Shown: positions 27,150-39,597, numbered from the stretch's first letter. The stretch: 64,000 bases of DNA from Prorocentrum cordatum (GCA_963575745.1 CAUYUJ010000037.1:1-64000); one strand, 5' to 3'. Made by a program: numbers and translations. The notes: generated by a model from the sequence alone, not told the origin.

Positions 27150-28970
27150 CACAACATTGCCCTCTCATCTTTCCGTCTGCAGGAACGATCTGGCGGCGGG
27201 GTAGGCTCTGCGCAAAGTTTCGGGCGAGGGCCGCCAATCATGGTATCCTTCCAGGAAGCTGGGATGGGATCATGGTACAAAGACTGGGCCCAAAATACAG
27301 CAAACACATGTGAACGCGCATCTGCATTACGGACGGCCACCCAGAGCCAAGCGGTCCTGCACCACGCCAGCAATGCGGTTGTCGAAAACCAGCTTCCGGC
27401 CTTTGGAACCCGACGACGTCTGCCCACCATCGCTCCGCCACGGCGTTTTTGGCATGGCTGGCACCCTGCCCAACAAGCAAGCAGCTCGAGCTGGTGCAGA
27501 CGGGGCCCAGAGACCGCTTCGAAAAAGCAGCGCTTACCTCGACATAGGCACAGGCTGCTTGAGAACCTGGTATACTGGAATAGGTCCGACAGGGTCAGTT
27601 TGGTCAGAAATGTCAAACATTTCCTGTTGAGTAGCAGACCAAACAGCGTCTGGTCGAAAGGCAGCCCTATACATAGGAATACAAAGACGATACTCGAAGG
27701 CGTTACTCTTGAGAGCGCGCACACATCATTGAGAATGTGCAAGCCGTGCCCACCAAGAAGAAAAAAAGACACCTGTGCCATGTTACCAGCTGGAGTGCCA
27801 TTCCAGACATCACCCTTGCAATGCGGAGTCTCTGCTCTGCGAAAAATCCACCGAATGATTCACAAAGATCGTTGCCACCTCCGCCCCCTGCAAAGCCCCA
27901 TGCCCTCGAGCTCCGACACCCGAAACTCGCCTTCGTCACTGCCCCTACCTAGCCAACGCGCCTGCGCTGCCGATCCATGGCGTTTGGCCAACACTATCCC
28001 CGGCCCTCATGTAGAATTCCCCCAGACCAAAATCTAGCGGGGGGGTACCTTCCCCTGTAAAGAAATCCACGTGGCATGTCTGCAAGTTCTGTCGACCAAC
28101 ATCCACAAGGGAGCGAGGTTTTTCTAAGACCGCATTCACGGCGAGGCTTTGTTTCCCTGAACCAGGAAGGGCGCCAAACCTGTACACGTCGGTCGGAAGA
28201 AGCAGGTCAAAGCATGAAGTAGGAAGGCGGAAAAAAGTAGATTGGGTTCAGGCCCTCCCAGAGAATTACAAAACACAGCAAAAGCATATCGTTTCTTCAA
28301 GTAGGAAGGCGCTTCAAAGAGGTTGGGATCTGGGAATCCAAGAATACCAACTTTCAACGACCGGCATGTATTTCCACTGACCGAGATCCAAGCGCCCTGT
28401 GCACATTCCCAAGTCCAAACGTCCAGGGAGCCCAGCTGAACCCCCTTACAAACACGCACTGTCCACTCCTGGTCTCTAGGGGGCCCCAGACTTCCCGTAA
28501 GCTGAGATCTGAGGCAGGGTCTGGACATTCCCTAGCCCAGACTCCAAAATGGTGCCTGGATGCGTTCCCTATGTCCAAATCCGACTCAAGTCCACGAAAA
28601 GGGACCACAAAGCTCGTGCACCAACAGCCCTCCTGTAAGTTGCGGGCAATGCTGAACGGCGTGGCGGCGTCCGTTTCCACAGCAGCGAGCTACGAGCAGG
28701 GTGCCTGGACGAGGGAAATGCCCCAGTCGGCATCGAAGCGTTTGGGCTGGACGTGTGGTGCGACGCAAACTTCCAGAACAAAACTGCATAGACAGTTTGG
28801 CACCATCGGCACGTAATTCGAAATATAACATCTGATTGCGACGTGTGAAGCCAAACGGACGGCTAACAAACAAGGGCGATTGGACAATATACCTCACGTT
28901 GGAGAGGTTTTCAATGTCTGACGGACGTTTGCGAAACCATGAGAGCAATGTGCAGAATATACCATGCAAC
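27150..28970 (-). pseudogene. Decayed coding-like segment, possibly a P-loop NTPase remnant
   Basis: Fragmented minus-strand ORFs of high complexity; GALPGSGKQSL at 28143-28175 is an imperfect Walker A (Q instead of S/T). Confidence 0.2.
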
Positions 28971-29525
28971 TCGACCTACATGCTTAACACCCCGCGATTG
29001 CGGATAAGAGCGAGGGGAAGGACACGGAGTGGGTCGCAGGTGGGTCGCGGGGTGGGTCGCGGGGCGGGTCGCGGGTGGGTCGCGAGCGGGGCGACGACAA
29101 CAACAACAACAATCATGTTACCCTCATGCTCCGTGCTTGTACATGCCACATGGATCCATCATGATACCACCCCCTTCTGGGGACGGCCTGTATGAAAAGA
29201 GGGCGGATACACCCACGCCCAGATCCCCCGCCCAGGAAGGTCGAACCAACACGCCTCCCGAGAAAGCTCCCTATTTTCAGCTCGCACCACCCATAACAGA
29301 TCAGTGCAGGATGAGGATTCGAAACGCAAAGGACTCGAGTCCCAGAAGAAGGACAATGTGTAGGAACATACGTAAACACATAAAGAAATCGAGGTCCAAT
29401 CGAAAAAGACAATGTGTACGAACATGCGTTAAACAAGATGGATTCGAGCACAAGTCAAAAGGCAATAAACATACATATATGTATACACGTATGTATATAT
29501 GTTTATAAATGCATATACATACATC

Positions 29526-30095
29526 GCGTTACCTACGAGACCAAGGGAGCTACCTTAAGACCTAGCTGAGGTGGCCAGGAGAGCCCAAGATGAGATCATT
29601 ATCATTATCTCGGACCGCTGGCGCAAGCTATCATATTGATCAAGCAACTGAAACGCTCGAGCACATTTGAAAGCCACGAGACGACACACTGCTGACGTGC
29701 GAGGCCCAACAAAACTACGAAACAATCGCCACATGTGAATGAAAGAGAAAGGAAAACCCGACAGCAGAACTGATGATATGATTGAGGGAGGAGGAAGGGA
29801 AGACGGAAGAGCAGAAAAAAACGTGAGCCCAATAGTTCACAAGTGGGAGACCTGGCCACGACTCGTGCTGCAATGCAAAGAACCATCTGTGACTATTGCA
29901 ACATATCTATATGAATAGAAAACGCTCTACCTACGGGGCGAAGGAAGCGACCTTACGACCCACTTGAGGAGACCAGGGGAGCTCAGCATGATATTTTTCT
30001 CACTATCTGGGGCCACTGGCGTAAGTCATCGTATTGAATAGACAACTGAAACGCTCGAGCACATTTGCAAAACCACTGCACGATACACTGCTGAT
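29526..30095 (+). repeat. Diverged ~170-bp direct repeat pair (29526-29695 and 29923-30095)
   Basis: Shared caactgaaacgctcgagcacatttg and acactgctga, with alignable upstream sequence. Confidence 0.85.
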
Positions 30096-30436
30096 AACAA
30101 TTGTTCGACATCCGACCGGGGGGCTGTACCTGGGATCCCCCTTCTCTTCGGTCGATGGCCTCCAAGATGGCCACCCCAAGAGAGCCCCACGAGGTCCCTC
30201 AAGAGAGCCCCAAGAGAGCCCGAACGGCCTCCAAACTGGGCGCAAGAGGGCTCAAGTAAACTACGAAGAAGCTCCCAAATCGAAAGATCCGCGACTGCAT
30301 GTACGTTTGACTCCTAGGCCTGCTCAGGCTAATCCCGACCTCCGGTTTGACGGCTGCCCCCCTTTGTTCCACGGTTTGTTCCTACATTTGCCGGTTCAAA
30401 GCAGCTCGCGTGGGCATATTTTCTGGATGGGCTGGT

Positions 30437-31370
30437 GGGGATACTTTTTAGTCAGCGGCCGCAGGCGAGAGCGCCAACGGCGAGTCCAGTCAGAGCGGGC
30501 CGCGCAACGACGAATTCACCTCAAGCGGTGGGCCGGAGCCTCACGCGGCACCTCGGCGGCCAGGCCGGCGAGTGGAAGGGGGCTGACGGCAACTGCTGGG
30601 GAGCTGCACTGCCAGGGTGCACGCATGCACCGCGCTGCAAAGATGGGCTGGCTGCCAGGGTGGTCGGCGGCCAAGGTCTGCGAGCTGCGAGTGAATTGAG
30701 TGCAGGGGCGTAGGCACCCGTGGAACCGCGAAAGTATCAGGATGGCCGAAGCCAAGCGAACCGACTGCCACAAGCCGAATTGTGTCCCCAATGTACGGCG
30801 TGAGCATCAGCGAGCTGCGGATTACCAGGGTGGCCGAAGCCAGGTGGTCCAACAGCCTGGAATCGCATTGGATGCGAATGAATTGAGCAGCCGAAGCTGC
30901 AGCACGGCCAAAGCTGGCGGGGATACTTTTTGTTAGTCAGCGGTCGCGGGCGAGCGCGCCGGCGGCGAGTCAGGTCAAAGCGGGCCACGCAGCGACGAAT
31001 TAAACGAAGGCAGCGGGGGCAGGCCACGCCTAACGCGGCTACCCGAGGCCTCACGCGGCGACCCAGCGGCGGACCGGCGGGTGGCAAGGGCGACTGAGAC
31101 TGAATCGAACTGCCAGTGTGCAGGTGCGCATGGCGTCGGGAGCACCAGGAGGTCGGGACAAACAACGACCCGGGTCGGAAGCCGAGGAATTAATGCATGG
31201 GCCCGAACCCCAGACAATTGCGAGAGCACCAGGGTGGCCGCAGCCAGAGGACCGCCGGCCGAGGTGGAATTGATAATTGCAAGGGCTAAGCCCCGGACGT
31301 CTGCGCGAGCGAGAGCACCAGGGTGGCCCGAAGGACCGTCGGTCGAAGAATTAACGCCAGGCGGCGGAAG
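30437..31370. repeat. Diverged ~480-bp tandem duplication with accagggtggccgaagcca sub-repeats
   Basis: gggatacttttt..gtcagcgg..cgacgaatt at 30437 and 30920; sub-repeat at ~30654, 30737, 30824, 31228 and 31317. Confidence 0.8.
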
Positions 31371-31389
31371 CGTTGGCAGACTGCAACTC

Positions 31390-32289
31390 CCAGGGCGGCC
31401 GTAGCCGAGAGGTCCCGAGACAGCAGAACGCGCGAGTGCGGGAAGCAGCGGAGCCGCGACGCAGCCAAAATGGCGCGGGTCACCACGAACCAGCGCGTGA
31501 GGTGGCGTCAGGTTGACCCAGCACGGGCCCGGTACCGGGCCACGAGCACGGAGCTGACACACAAAGTGACGACGGGCGGAGGGCACCACGGGAGAGGCCC
31601 GAGCCTGAGTCCAGGGAGCCAACCACACGTGGCGCGAGCGCCCAGGATAGAGCGGCGCCGTGACGGCCGCCAGCCCAGCACGGGGAAAGAACCGCGATTT
31701 GAGCGGCAAGGCAAAGGCCGGAGCGGTGGAGGGACGGCACCACCGACCGACGAAGAAGCCAGAGGAAGAGCCGCGGGATGAGCGGCAAAGCAAGAGCCAG
31801 CGCGGTGGGGCAGACGCCACCGACCGGCAAAGAAGCCAAAGGCCAGGCACAACGGGGAGAGGAGGCACCCCGACCCGGCGGGCCGCCCGGCGGCGCGGGA
31901 AAACGCACCCCAGGGGCGAGAACGCCTACAGCGGGCCGAAGGCCGGTATTGGACAGACGCACCACGGCCCCAGCAGTAGCCCACGAGTCAGCATTGTCAG
32001 CGACGTCCCACTGCTCAAGTTCCCAAGGACGGGGAGCAGCGGTGCCGGGCAGGAAAGGCACCAGGGAAGGAGCACTGCCTGCGGGTCGACCGGCGGCCAC
32101 CGCGTGAAACGCAGCGAGCACGCCAGGGGTGAAACGAAGGGGGGACGGGTGGACCACGGCCCCAGCGTAGGCCCACACGTCAGCAAGGTCAGCAGCCCGA
32201 AGTCCCTGCCCGGAGGGTCTGAACGACGGGGGCTGGGCAGGGGGTGGCCCCAGGGGGGGGGCACTGCCTGCAAGCCGGGCGTCGGCCAC
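31390..32289 (-). pseudogene. Tyrosine recombinase-like remnant
   Basis: AVVRLSNTGLRP resembles YR box I (LxxxTGLRxxE); LTPPHALVRG resembles box II (HxLRxG) in another frame; frameshifted. Confidence 0.4.
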
Positions 32290-32699
32290 AGCGGGCGTTG
32301 CGTGAGCCGTGCCCAGGGCGATGCAAGCGAGGACCGGTGTCGGAGGTCCTCGTCAAGCCCCTAACAAGCACAGGTCGGAGGTCAAACCAGGGAGGGCGAG
32401 AGACCACGTCGAGCTGCGTGAGTGAGGCACCGAAACCATTGGCCTAACGGGCCACATTTTACAGAACGTTAATAGCGAACCACGTTCCTGCATGGCCTAA
32501 CGAGCCCTATTTAAACTGGAGAATCGGGGCACAGCCCCGGCGAGTCCATCGGGCCTGAGGACAGCACATCGGGAGAGGAAGGTGGCGGTCGGCTGCCCAC
32601 TGGGGAACCAGGTCGGCGTCTGGTCGGGCGTGTCGGGCGCTGGTGGGAATACGTTTTGGTCGGCGGCAGCGCGACAACGGTCTGGCGGCGAGAGGCAAA

Positions 32700-33900
32700 G
32701 TCCGGGGCGTGCGGCACGATGCGACTTAGCGAAAACCGCCGCCACGTTGGCAAGCCGGTTCGCACCTGCACAACAAGAGCGCAGTTGCACACATGCACAG
32801 AACAAAATGAACTAAAGTCACAAGACAACGCACATAGGCGCCGCAGTGTGAACCGAGGTGGACAAGCGGCAGAGTGTGCGAATCAGAAAGAAAACCGAAG
32901 GCTGTACAGGCGTAGCAGGCTGAACCACACGGCGCCCAGACCTCAGTAATCCGCCTCCCAGTGCCAGGTGGGGCCATGCGGCTGTGCCCAAGGCGCAACT
33001 GCGATGCCGATCCCTGAAGCGAAAAGATCCGCAGGCGTGGGGGGTACCGCCGTCCAGTGGTGAAGCGCCTTCGCAGCCTGCCAGGGGGGTCCTGCTGCAG
33101 CGGAGGCAAAGGGGAGGCCGGTGGAGTGAGTCGCCCGTGGGGCGCCAGACTCCGAACGCCCGCGACGACGTCTGCAAGCCAAGCAGCTGTCGCGGAACTG
33201 GCGCGGCGCACTGGCCGGCAGCTGGTGGGAGCCTGGGCGCCGTCCTGCTGCGGAAGGCTGAATCACTCCGCGGCGACCCAACACCCGAGTAACCACTCCA
33301 CAGGGCAAGGGGGGAACAAGCGACTGCGGGCCACGCAGCGCGCGCCGGCACGGCGCCAAGCCTCAGAGAGGGGGGGAGGGCCCGCAGGCGGGGACGCACC
33401 GCCAGCGGAGGAGTGAGGGGAAGGGCGGCACTGGTGGTAGCGACCCTCCTGCGGTGTCAAAGGGCGAGGCGCCTGGGGGAGCTGCACTGTGGAGGCACGT
33501 GGGCCAGGAGGCAAGCCAGGCCCAGTCCGCCGATAAGCACTGCCCCCCAAACCCGAGACCCAACACACACCACGAGGCCCTCCAGGGCCGAAGCACACTC
33601 CGCAGAGAGTGGGAGCCAGACCACGAAGCGCGGAACACGGGCGGCCCTGGGAGGGGGGGCAACCACCCCGACGTCGGATAGCACGTCTGGCAGGTCCCGA
33701 GGCCGAGGGCGGGGGACACCCGCCAGGCCCGAGAGGGGAGAGGCGAGGAGAAGCACCGCCACACCCCACGGCCAGGCCCCGAATCCGAGGGCTAGGGGCC
33801 AAGGTCATCTCCTGGGTTTCCCCTAAGCTGATGCGGCCCTGATCTAATGTGTTCCTGAGGTGGGCGCTCTCGTAGGCCTCGAGGCCCCTCGGAGTGCCCA
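32700..33900 (-). pseudogene. RT-thumb / RNase H / methyltransferase-like remnant
   Basis: LLASPLSGL and WLPLSAECASALEGL (thumb/connection), VVCVGSRVWGAVL (DASxxGWGAVL-like), RPLTPQEGRYH, then PADLFAS (DIRS MT-like). Confidence 0.4.
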
Positions 33901-33943
33901 CCCTAGGTGTTCGCACACACTGATCCTGAGTTGTGCTGAGAAT

Positions 33944-36270
33944 GGGGGGTGCAGCTAACCGCCGCAGAATACTCTCTCTCATGGTCATGGGGGGTGCAGC
34001 TAACCGCCGCTGAGTTCACTCTTCCATTCACATTGGGGGCGCAGCTAACCGCCGCTGGAGTCACTATTTGTTGGCGGTTGCCTCCGTCTCCGTCGCCAGA
34101 TTGCACCTCGGGGGTGTGGCTCGCCACTGTCTGAGGAGATACACGGGCATGCTTTCTGGGGGGGTGGACAACGTCCTCCGCAGCTGCGAGCTTTTGCCCC
34201 TCCTCCTGGCACTCCCTGGGGCTCGCCTCATCCGATGCCTCTCGGTGCCCCCCTGGGCCGCCATTGTCAGCCTCAGGGGGCTGGATGGCCCTCACTGCTG
34301 GAGGCGAGGAGTCCCGAGCGGCCCCGAGGCGGGGGGAGGAGGGAGGCGTGGGCGGGACAGGGAACGAGACGGGGTCAGGAGTGAGGATGGGGGGAGTCGA
34401 GACAGGACACTCCCGAACCTGAACATCCGTCTCCATGCCCTCGTTCCCATCCGGTCCGCCGCAAGTGTGTCTGCGAGAGCCCCGTCTATGGTACATCGAC
34501 CTTTCGTTGACACGGGGGGGCAGCTAACCGCCGCAGAACACGATTTGATGGACAGCGCGTCTGCGAGAGCCCCCTCTATGATTGGAAAGTGCCTCCGCCT
34601 CTGCTCTCAGCGCTGCAACTGATGACAGTGAGCGACCGTACTTGCCGCTGAGAGCGGTGGGGAAGCTGATCGCCGGCATGACGGGGGGCGCAGCTAACCG
34701 CCGCGTAACGCGATTTGATGGAAAGTGAGTCTGCGAGAGCCCCATCAATGATACATCGCCCTTTCGTTGACACGGGGGGAGCAGCTAACCACCGCAGAAC
34801 ACGATTGATGGAAAGCGTGCCTGCGAGAGCCATCTATGATTGGATAGCGCCTCCGCCTCTGCTCTCAGCGCTGCAATTGATGGCAGTGAGCGCACTTGCC
34901 GCTGAGATTGGTGGGGAAGCTGATCGCCGCTATGATGTCCCTTTTATCTCCTCGGGGGTCGCAGCTACTCGCCGCCGAGGTCCTGGGGGTCGCAGCTACC
35001 CGCCGCGAGCGCCTGCGTGGAAGGACGGGGGGAGCAGCTGCCCGCCGCTAGGAAACATTTTACAACCCAGCGCTGCCACAGACGACGTGGGCACCAACTT
35101 AGCATCCCACATCCCGGCAATGCGCCACCCCCGGGAGGACAGCGCCAGGATGCGAGAGCCAAAAGGAAAACCCGCGGGACGCGGGGCACGCACCCAGACC
35201 CCACTGCCGACACAGAACACGTTGGCCACCTGCCGCCATGCTGGGCGGGGAGGAGCTGCAGCCGGTGCACACCCTTCACGCACCTGCTCTCGGCGCAGCA
35301 ACTGGTGACAGTGGGCGCTGCAAAAACGAAGCGCGCACGGGGGGGGAGGCGAAGGACGGCCCTTGGCTGCCAGGGCAAGGATGCGAGAGTGCCTTGAGCT
35401 CCCGTGAAAGGCCCCGAGCCCGTGGTCCAGGCAGGCCCCTGCGCGAGTCCAGGGTACCCTGAGCCCGGTGGCGGCCCTTTTCGCTGACTCCGTCGAGCGG
35501 TAACAGTACTTGCAGTCATTGACAACTTAGCGGTCTGAGGTTCCTTCCGTAGACTGCCGCCATGCTGGGCGGGGAAGAGCTGCAGCCAGTGTACACCCTT
35601 CACGCACCTGCTCTCAGCGCGGCAACCGGTGACAGTGGGCGCTGCGAAGGCGAAGCGAGCAAGGGGGGGGGGCGAAGGACGGCCCTTGGCAGCCAGAGCA
35701 GGGATGCGAGAGTGCCTTGTGCCCCCGTGAGAGGCCCCGAGCCCGTGGTCCAGGCAGCCCTGGCGCGCGTCCAGGGTCGCGGAGCCCGGTGGCGGTCACG
35801 TTCGTTGACACGGGAGGCGCAGCTAACCGCCGCAGAACACGATTTGACGGAAAGTGTGTCTGCGAGAGCCCCATCTATGATACATCGACCTTTCGTTGAC
35901 ACGGGGGGCGCAGCTAACCGCCGCAGAACACGATGTGTTGGAAAGTGTGTCTGCGAGAGCCCCATCTGTGATTGGATAGTGCCTCCGCCTCTGCTCTCAG
36001 CGCTGCAATTGATGACAGAGAGCGCCGTGAAGACGAAGCGTCCACCAGGGGGGGGGCGAAGGATGGCCCTTGGCTGCCAGAACTGGGATGCGAGAGTGCC
36101 TTGAGCCCCGATGGGAGGCCCCGGCCCGCGGCACAGGCAGGCCCCCGCGCGCGCCCAGGGCGGCCGTGTCCGGTTGCGGCCAAGACGAAGCGGGCACGGG
36201 GGGGAGGCGAAGAAAGGCCCTTGGCAGCCAGAACGGGGATGCGAGGGCGCCTTGACCCCCCGAGGGAGGC
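33944..36270. repeat. Composite modular repeat built on GGGGGYGCAGCTAACCGCCGC
   Basis: Motif at ~33946, 33991, 34035, 34514, 34684, 34774, 35813 and 35904, plus three other shuffled modules. Confidence 0.9.
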
Positions 36271-36299
36271 CCAGGGCCCGAGGTACAGCAGCCCCCGCG

Positions 36300-38165
36300 T
36301 CGCCCAGGGCCGCTGGATCCGGATGCATCCCTTTCGCAGGCCGCGTTTTGCTGGGCAGCAACAAGCCTGCTGCCAGTGACCATCCTCCTCGCACCTGATC
36401 CCTGCGCGCGCGGTGCCACGAGGTGGGGCAGCAACGGCTACTGTGGGGAGACGGCCCGCCACTGTTTTTTGCCCTTCCTGGGTGCCTGGGTGTCCGGGTG
36501 GCCTTTTGCCGCGCGGTGATCCCTGCTCGCTCCGCCGCTTCGACCCGGGTGCAGATGCCACAAGCCGAGTCCAGTCGACGTCGAGGCCCAGCGAGTCGCT
36601 GAAGACCCGTACGTCGCACTTGTGGCTGCGGAAGGATTCCAGGAAGAGGTGACAGGTTTGGGGGTCGCGCCGATGCGGGTCGAGCGCGCCTGTGCTGCCA
36701 GGCACGGACTGCCGCTTGGCGAAAGCGTGCCAGGTGCCTGCGAACATTGTTCCCAGTGTGACGTGGAGCCGCCTTATCGCCTCGCCGGGTGTCTCCCCGG
36801 GTAGGTCCCACTGGTTGTTGATTTCTGTCTTGTACAGCTGCTATCCCGTGTCGGGGTCCGTGGGATCTGGCCATTGGCGCGGGTCAGGCAATTGGTGCTG
36901 CCGTGCATCCTGGCCGCAAGTCTCCAGCGCACCGGCCTCGCTGTCCTGGCCGGAGGGCTCGCGATCTGCCCGCGACAGTTCCGGCTGCACGCCTGGCGGG
37001 GCTCTGCGGGGTGAGGCGGGCCGCATGGTTGGCCGCCAGGCGGGGGTCGGATCGTCTCTGGCAGCCAGGGCGGACGCTGCCCTGTGGTGCGTGGGGAGAG
37101 GCCCCTTTCGCTGGCGTTCGCCTTCGGGCCTGTGCCCGCCGCGGCTCCCGGGCGCGCCCCCTTCGGTCAACGCAGGACTCTCGCCGGTCTCGGAGGCACC
37201 GCTGGTTGTGCCAGGCGCGCGCACGTACGGCGACACAGTTTCCGCTGCCAGAGCACAAGATTCTTTGTCAGTAGTGCCCTGGACGCCAGGAGAGAGCGCC
37301 TGGGGTTCGCCGCCCATTAGAGTGGGTTCACTGGCAGGGGGAGGGGGGCGAATAGGCGCGAAGGGGTTTCTTCCGACGAGCCAGTGGATGGCTTCGCTGT
37401 CCTGCGTCTGGACGGTAGGTCCGTGGCCCCCCCGCTGGGTCTGCGGCGCCCCCAGAGGACTGCTGACGGTCTGATTGTTTTGAGGGGGAGGTGGGGGTGG
37501 CACGGCGTGGCAGGCGAGCCCCTGCTGTTCCGGGATCTCGGTTGGCTGACTGTTGCGGCTGCCGTCAGCACTTTCGGGGGACACCCCCTGCCCACCCGGT
37601 TCTAATCCAAAGACACGGATGAAGGCTTGTGCCACTTCCGCACCTTCAGAGGCTTCCGCCGCTTCGGGCCCCCGATACTCCGCGGCCTCCGCAGCCTCCG
37701 CCGACTCCGCCGCGGCCACCTCCAATCTCCTTTTCTCTGCCCTGCTGCTGCTGCTGAGGGAGCAAGGGTACCTCTGAGTCTTCTCGTGGGTTCTGCTGGC
37801 TCCCAGAGGTGCCTAGGAGGCTGTCAGGGAGCAGGGGTACCTCCTTCTGGTCGTCAGAGAGGTACTTTGAGGCTCGCGGGTCTCTCGTCCCCGGGGAGGG
37901 TCTGCTGCTGCTGGGGCTGCTGTTGCTGCAGCTGCAGCACCTGTTGCTGGTGGTGCGGCTGTGGTTGCGGGTGCTGCGGCGGTTGCTGCGGCTGCTGAGG
38001 GGGGTGTTGTTGCTGCTGCAGCTGCGGGGTGCTGTTGCTGCAGCACCTGAAGCTGCTGCTGTGGCAATGGTTGGGGGTGCTGCCGCTGTTGCTGCCGCTG
38101 CTGCGGCTGCTGCTGCTGTTGCTGCCGCTGCTGGGTTATGTTGCTGCTGCTGCTGCTGCTGCTGC

Positions 38166-38208
<43 letters not shown>

Positions 38209-38913
38209 CTGCTGCTGCGGCTGCTGCTGTTGCTGCTGTTGCGGCTGCAGTTGCAGCAGCTGCGGCTGCTGCTGCAGGTACTGCTGCTGCGGCTGCTGCT
38301 GCTGCTGCTGCTGCTGCTGCGGCTGTTGTTGCTGCTGCTGTCGCTGCTGCCGCTGCTGCTGCTCCTGCAGGTGCAGCTGCGGCGGCGGCTGCTGCTGCTG
38401 CGCGGCCGCCGCGGCCGCCGCCGCCGCGCCAGCGGCTGCGGCAGCCGCGGCGGCGGCGGGCCCAAGGGCGGCCGCGCGGGCCACGGCGGCCGCGGCGCCG
38501 GCTGCGCGGCCCGCGGCCGCCGCGGCGGCCGCCTCCGCCACGGCGGCGGCGGCGGGCGGCGCGGCAGCCGCGGCGCCGGCGGCCGCAGGGGCGGCGGCGG
38601 CGGCGCCGGCCGCCGAGCCCGCGGCGCCGGCCCCAGCGCGGGCAGCCGTTGCACGCTGACGCCGACGCCATGCCGAGATGGTCTCGTGAGGCGGCGCCTG
38701 CGAAGCATCTGGCCGGCGGCCTGCCCGCGGCGGCGGCTGGCTGGCGGCCTCATCAGGCGGCCAGCCGGCGGTGGCCTGCCGGGCGGCCATCGATCGTGCA
38801 GCCTCCGTTCAAGGGTCGAAGGCTTGCCCTCGGCCCCTCGGGTCTCGCCGGCCGGCCTGCCAGCGCGCGGCAGAGGCGGGCGCCCCTCGCGCCCGCCATC
38901 CGCCTGCGGCCAT
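36300..38913 (-). pseudogene. gag/ORF1-like protein with polyQ/polyA tract and degenerate CCHC knuckle
   Basis: ATG at 38913 after the SL relic; ORF pieces 37813-38790, 36841-37725 and 35914-36747; (G)IRCEEDGHWQQAC at 36361-36402 fits Cx2Cx4Hx4C with the first Cys lost. Confidence 0.5.
37900..38645. repeat. (CTG/CAG)n followed by (GCC/GGC)n tract
   Basis: Direct inspection. Confidence 0.93.
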
Positions 38914-38986
38914 GGGCGTTGGAATCAGGACGAAGGAAAAAGAGAAAAGGAAAAAGGGGGCAGCGGGGCCTCCTGGCGGCCAGCGG

Positions 38987-39019
38987 CTTGACCCAGAGCG
39001 GTTTGAGCCAGGCTACGGA
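38987..39019 (-). other. Tandem relic spliced leaders
   Basis: Minus strand tccgtagcc----tggctcaaa (SL lacking 4 nt), immediately followed by ccgctctgggtcaag (11/15 to ccattttggctcaag). Confidence 0.6.
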
Positions 39020-39359
39020 CCTGGCGGGAATACGCGAAGCGTCCAAAGGTTGACCAGCGCCAGAGCAGCACCATTCTCAGTCAGGAGTGCCCACCTCGGC
39101 CGGAATCCGCGGCAGAGCGCCACACGCCTCCCCGACCATCCCTGGAAGAACATTACGAGCCCCTCAAGTGAAAACATTGCTCGGTCAACTGGAAGTCCCA
39201 CCCGCACCAGAAATCTGCGCTCGCCCAGTGTTCGGTGACTGCTGGCTCGCAGCTTTACCCCTACACCCCATGGGAATAATCCCCCGAGGATAAGAAAGTT
39301 CAGGGGCCCGCAGGGACACTACATATTTGTTCCTGGCAGGTCGCAGCATAGAGATTCCA

Positions 39360-39597
39360 GGGACCTCCATTGCGGCCCCCCCCCAGCGCCAGAGCGCGCC
39401 AAATCTACGCCCCTGGAAAAAGGAGGGCGCCCCTGGAAGGTGGCGGGCCCAGTGACCTCGATTTCGGTCCCCCACGCGACAGAGCGCTCGAAATCTACGC
39501 CCCTGGGAAGTGGCGGGCGCCCCTGGGAGGCGGCGGGCCCAGGGACCTTCATTTCGGCCCCCCCGCCCTCTAGCGCTCGAAATCTACGCCCCTGGGC
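39360..39597 (+). repeat. ~89-bp tandem repeat, about 2.7 copies
   Basis: aaatctacgcccctgg occurs three times with alignable spacers. Confidence 0.88.

Larger units (their letters stand above)
30437..39019 (-). mobile_element. Heavily decayed tyrosine-recombinase (DIRS/Ngaro-like) retrotransposon
   Basis: Minus-strand order: SL relic, polyQ gag-like ORF, zinc knuckle, RT-thumb/RNase H-like motifs, DLFAS (MT-like), YR-like TGLRP and HALVRG motifs; RT catalytic core not found. Confidence 0.5.

Noticed and set aside
27069..28037. 322-aa plus-strand ORF as a real gene
   Set aside because: No recognisable motif and a composition typical of an antisense frame; cannot be supported.
33944..34060. 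CRISPR-like repeat-spacer array
   Set aside because: Only three 21-nt repeats at a 45-nt in-frame period inside an ORF, no cas genes, eukaryotic context.
34603..34655. Hammerhead ribozyme (CTGATGA inside a hairpin)
   Set aside because: No GAAA after a stem II, and CTGATGA is not conserved in sister copies.
39012..39048. Short plus-strand exon (ATDLAGIREASK)
   Set aside because: Its phase does not match the next candidate exon and it overlaps the minus-strand SL relic.
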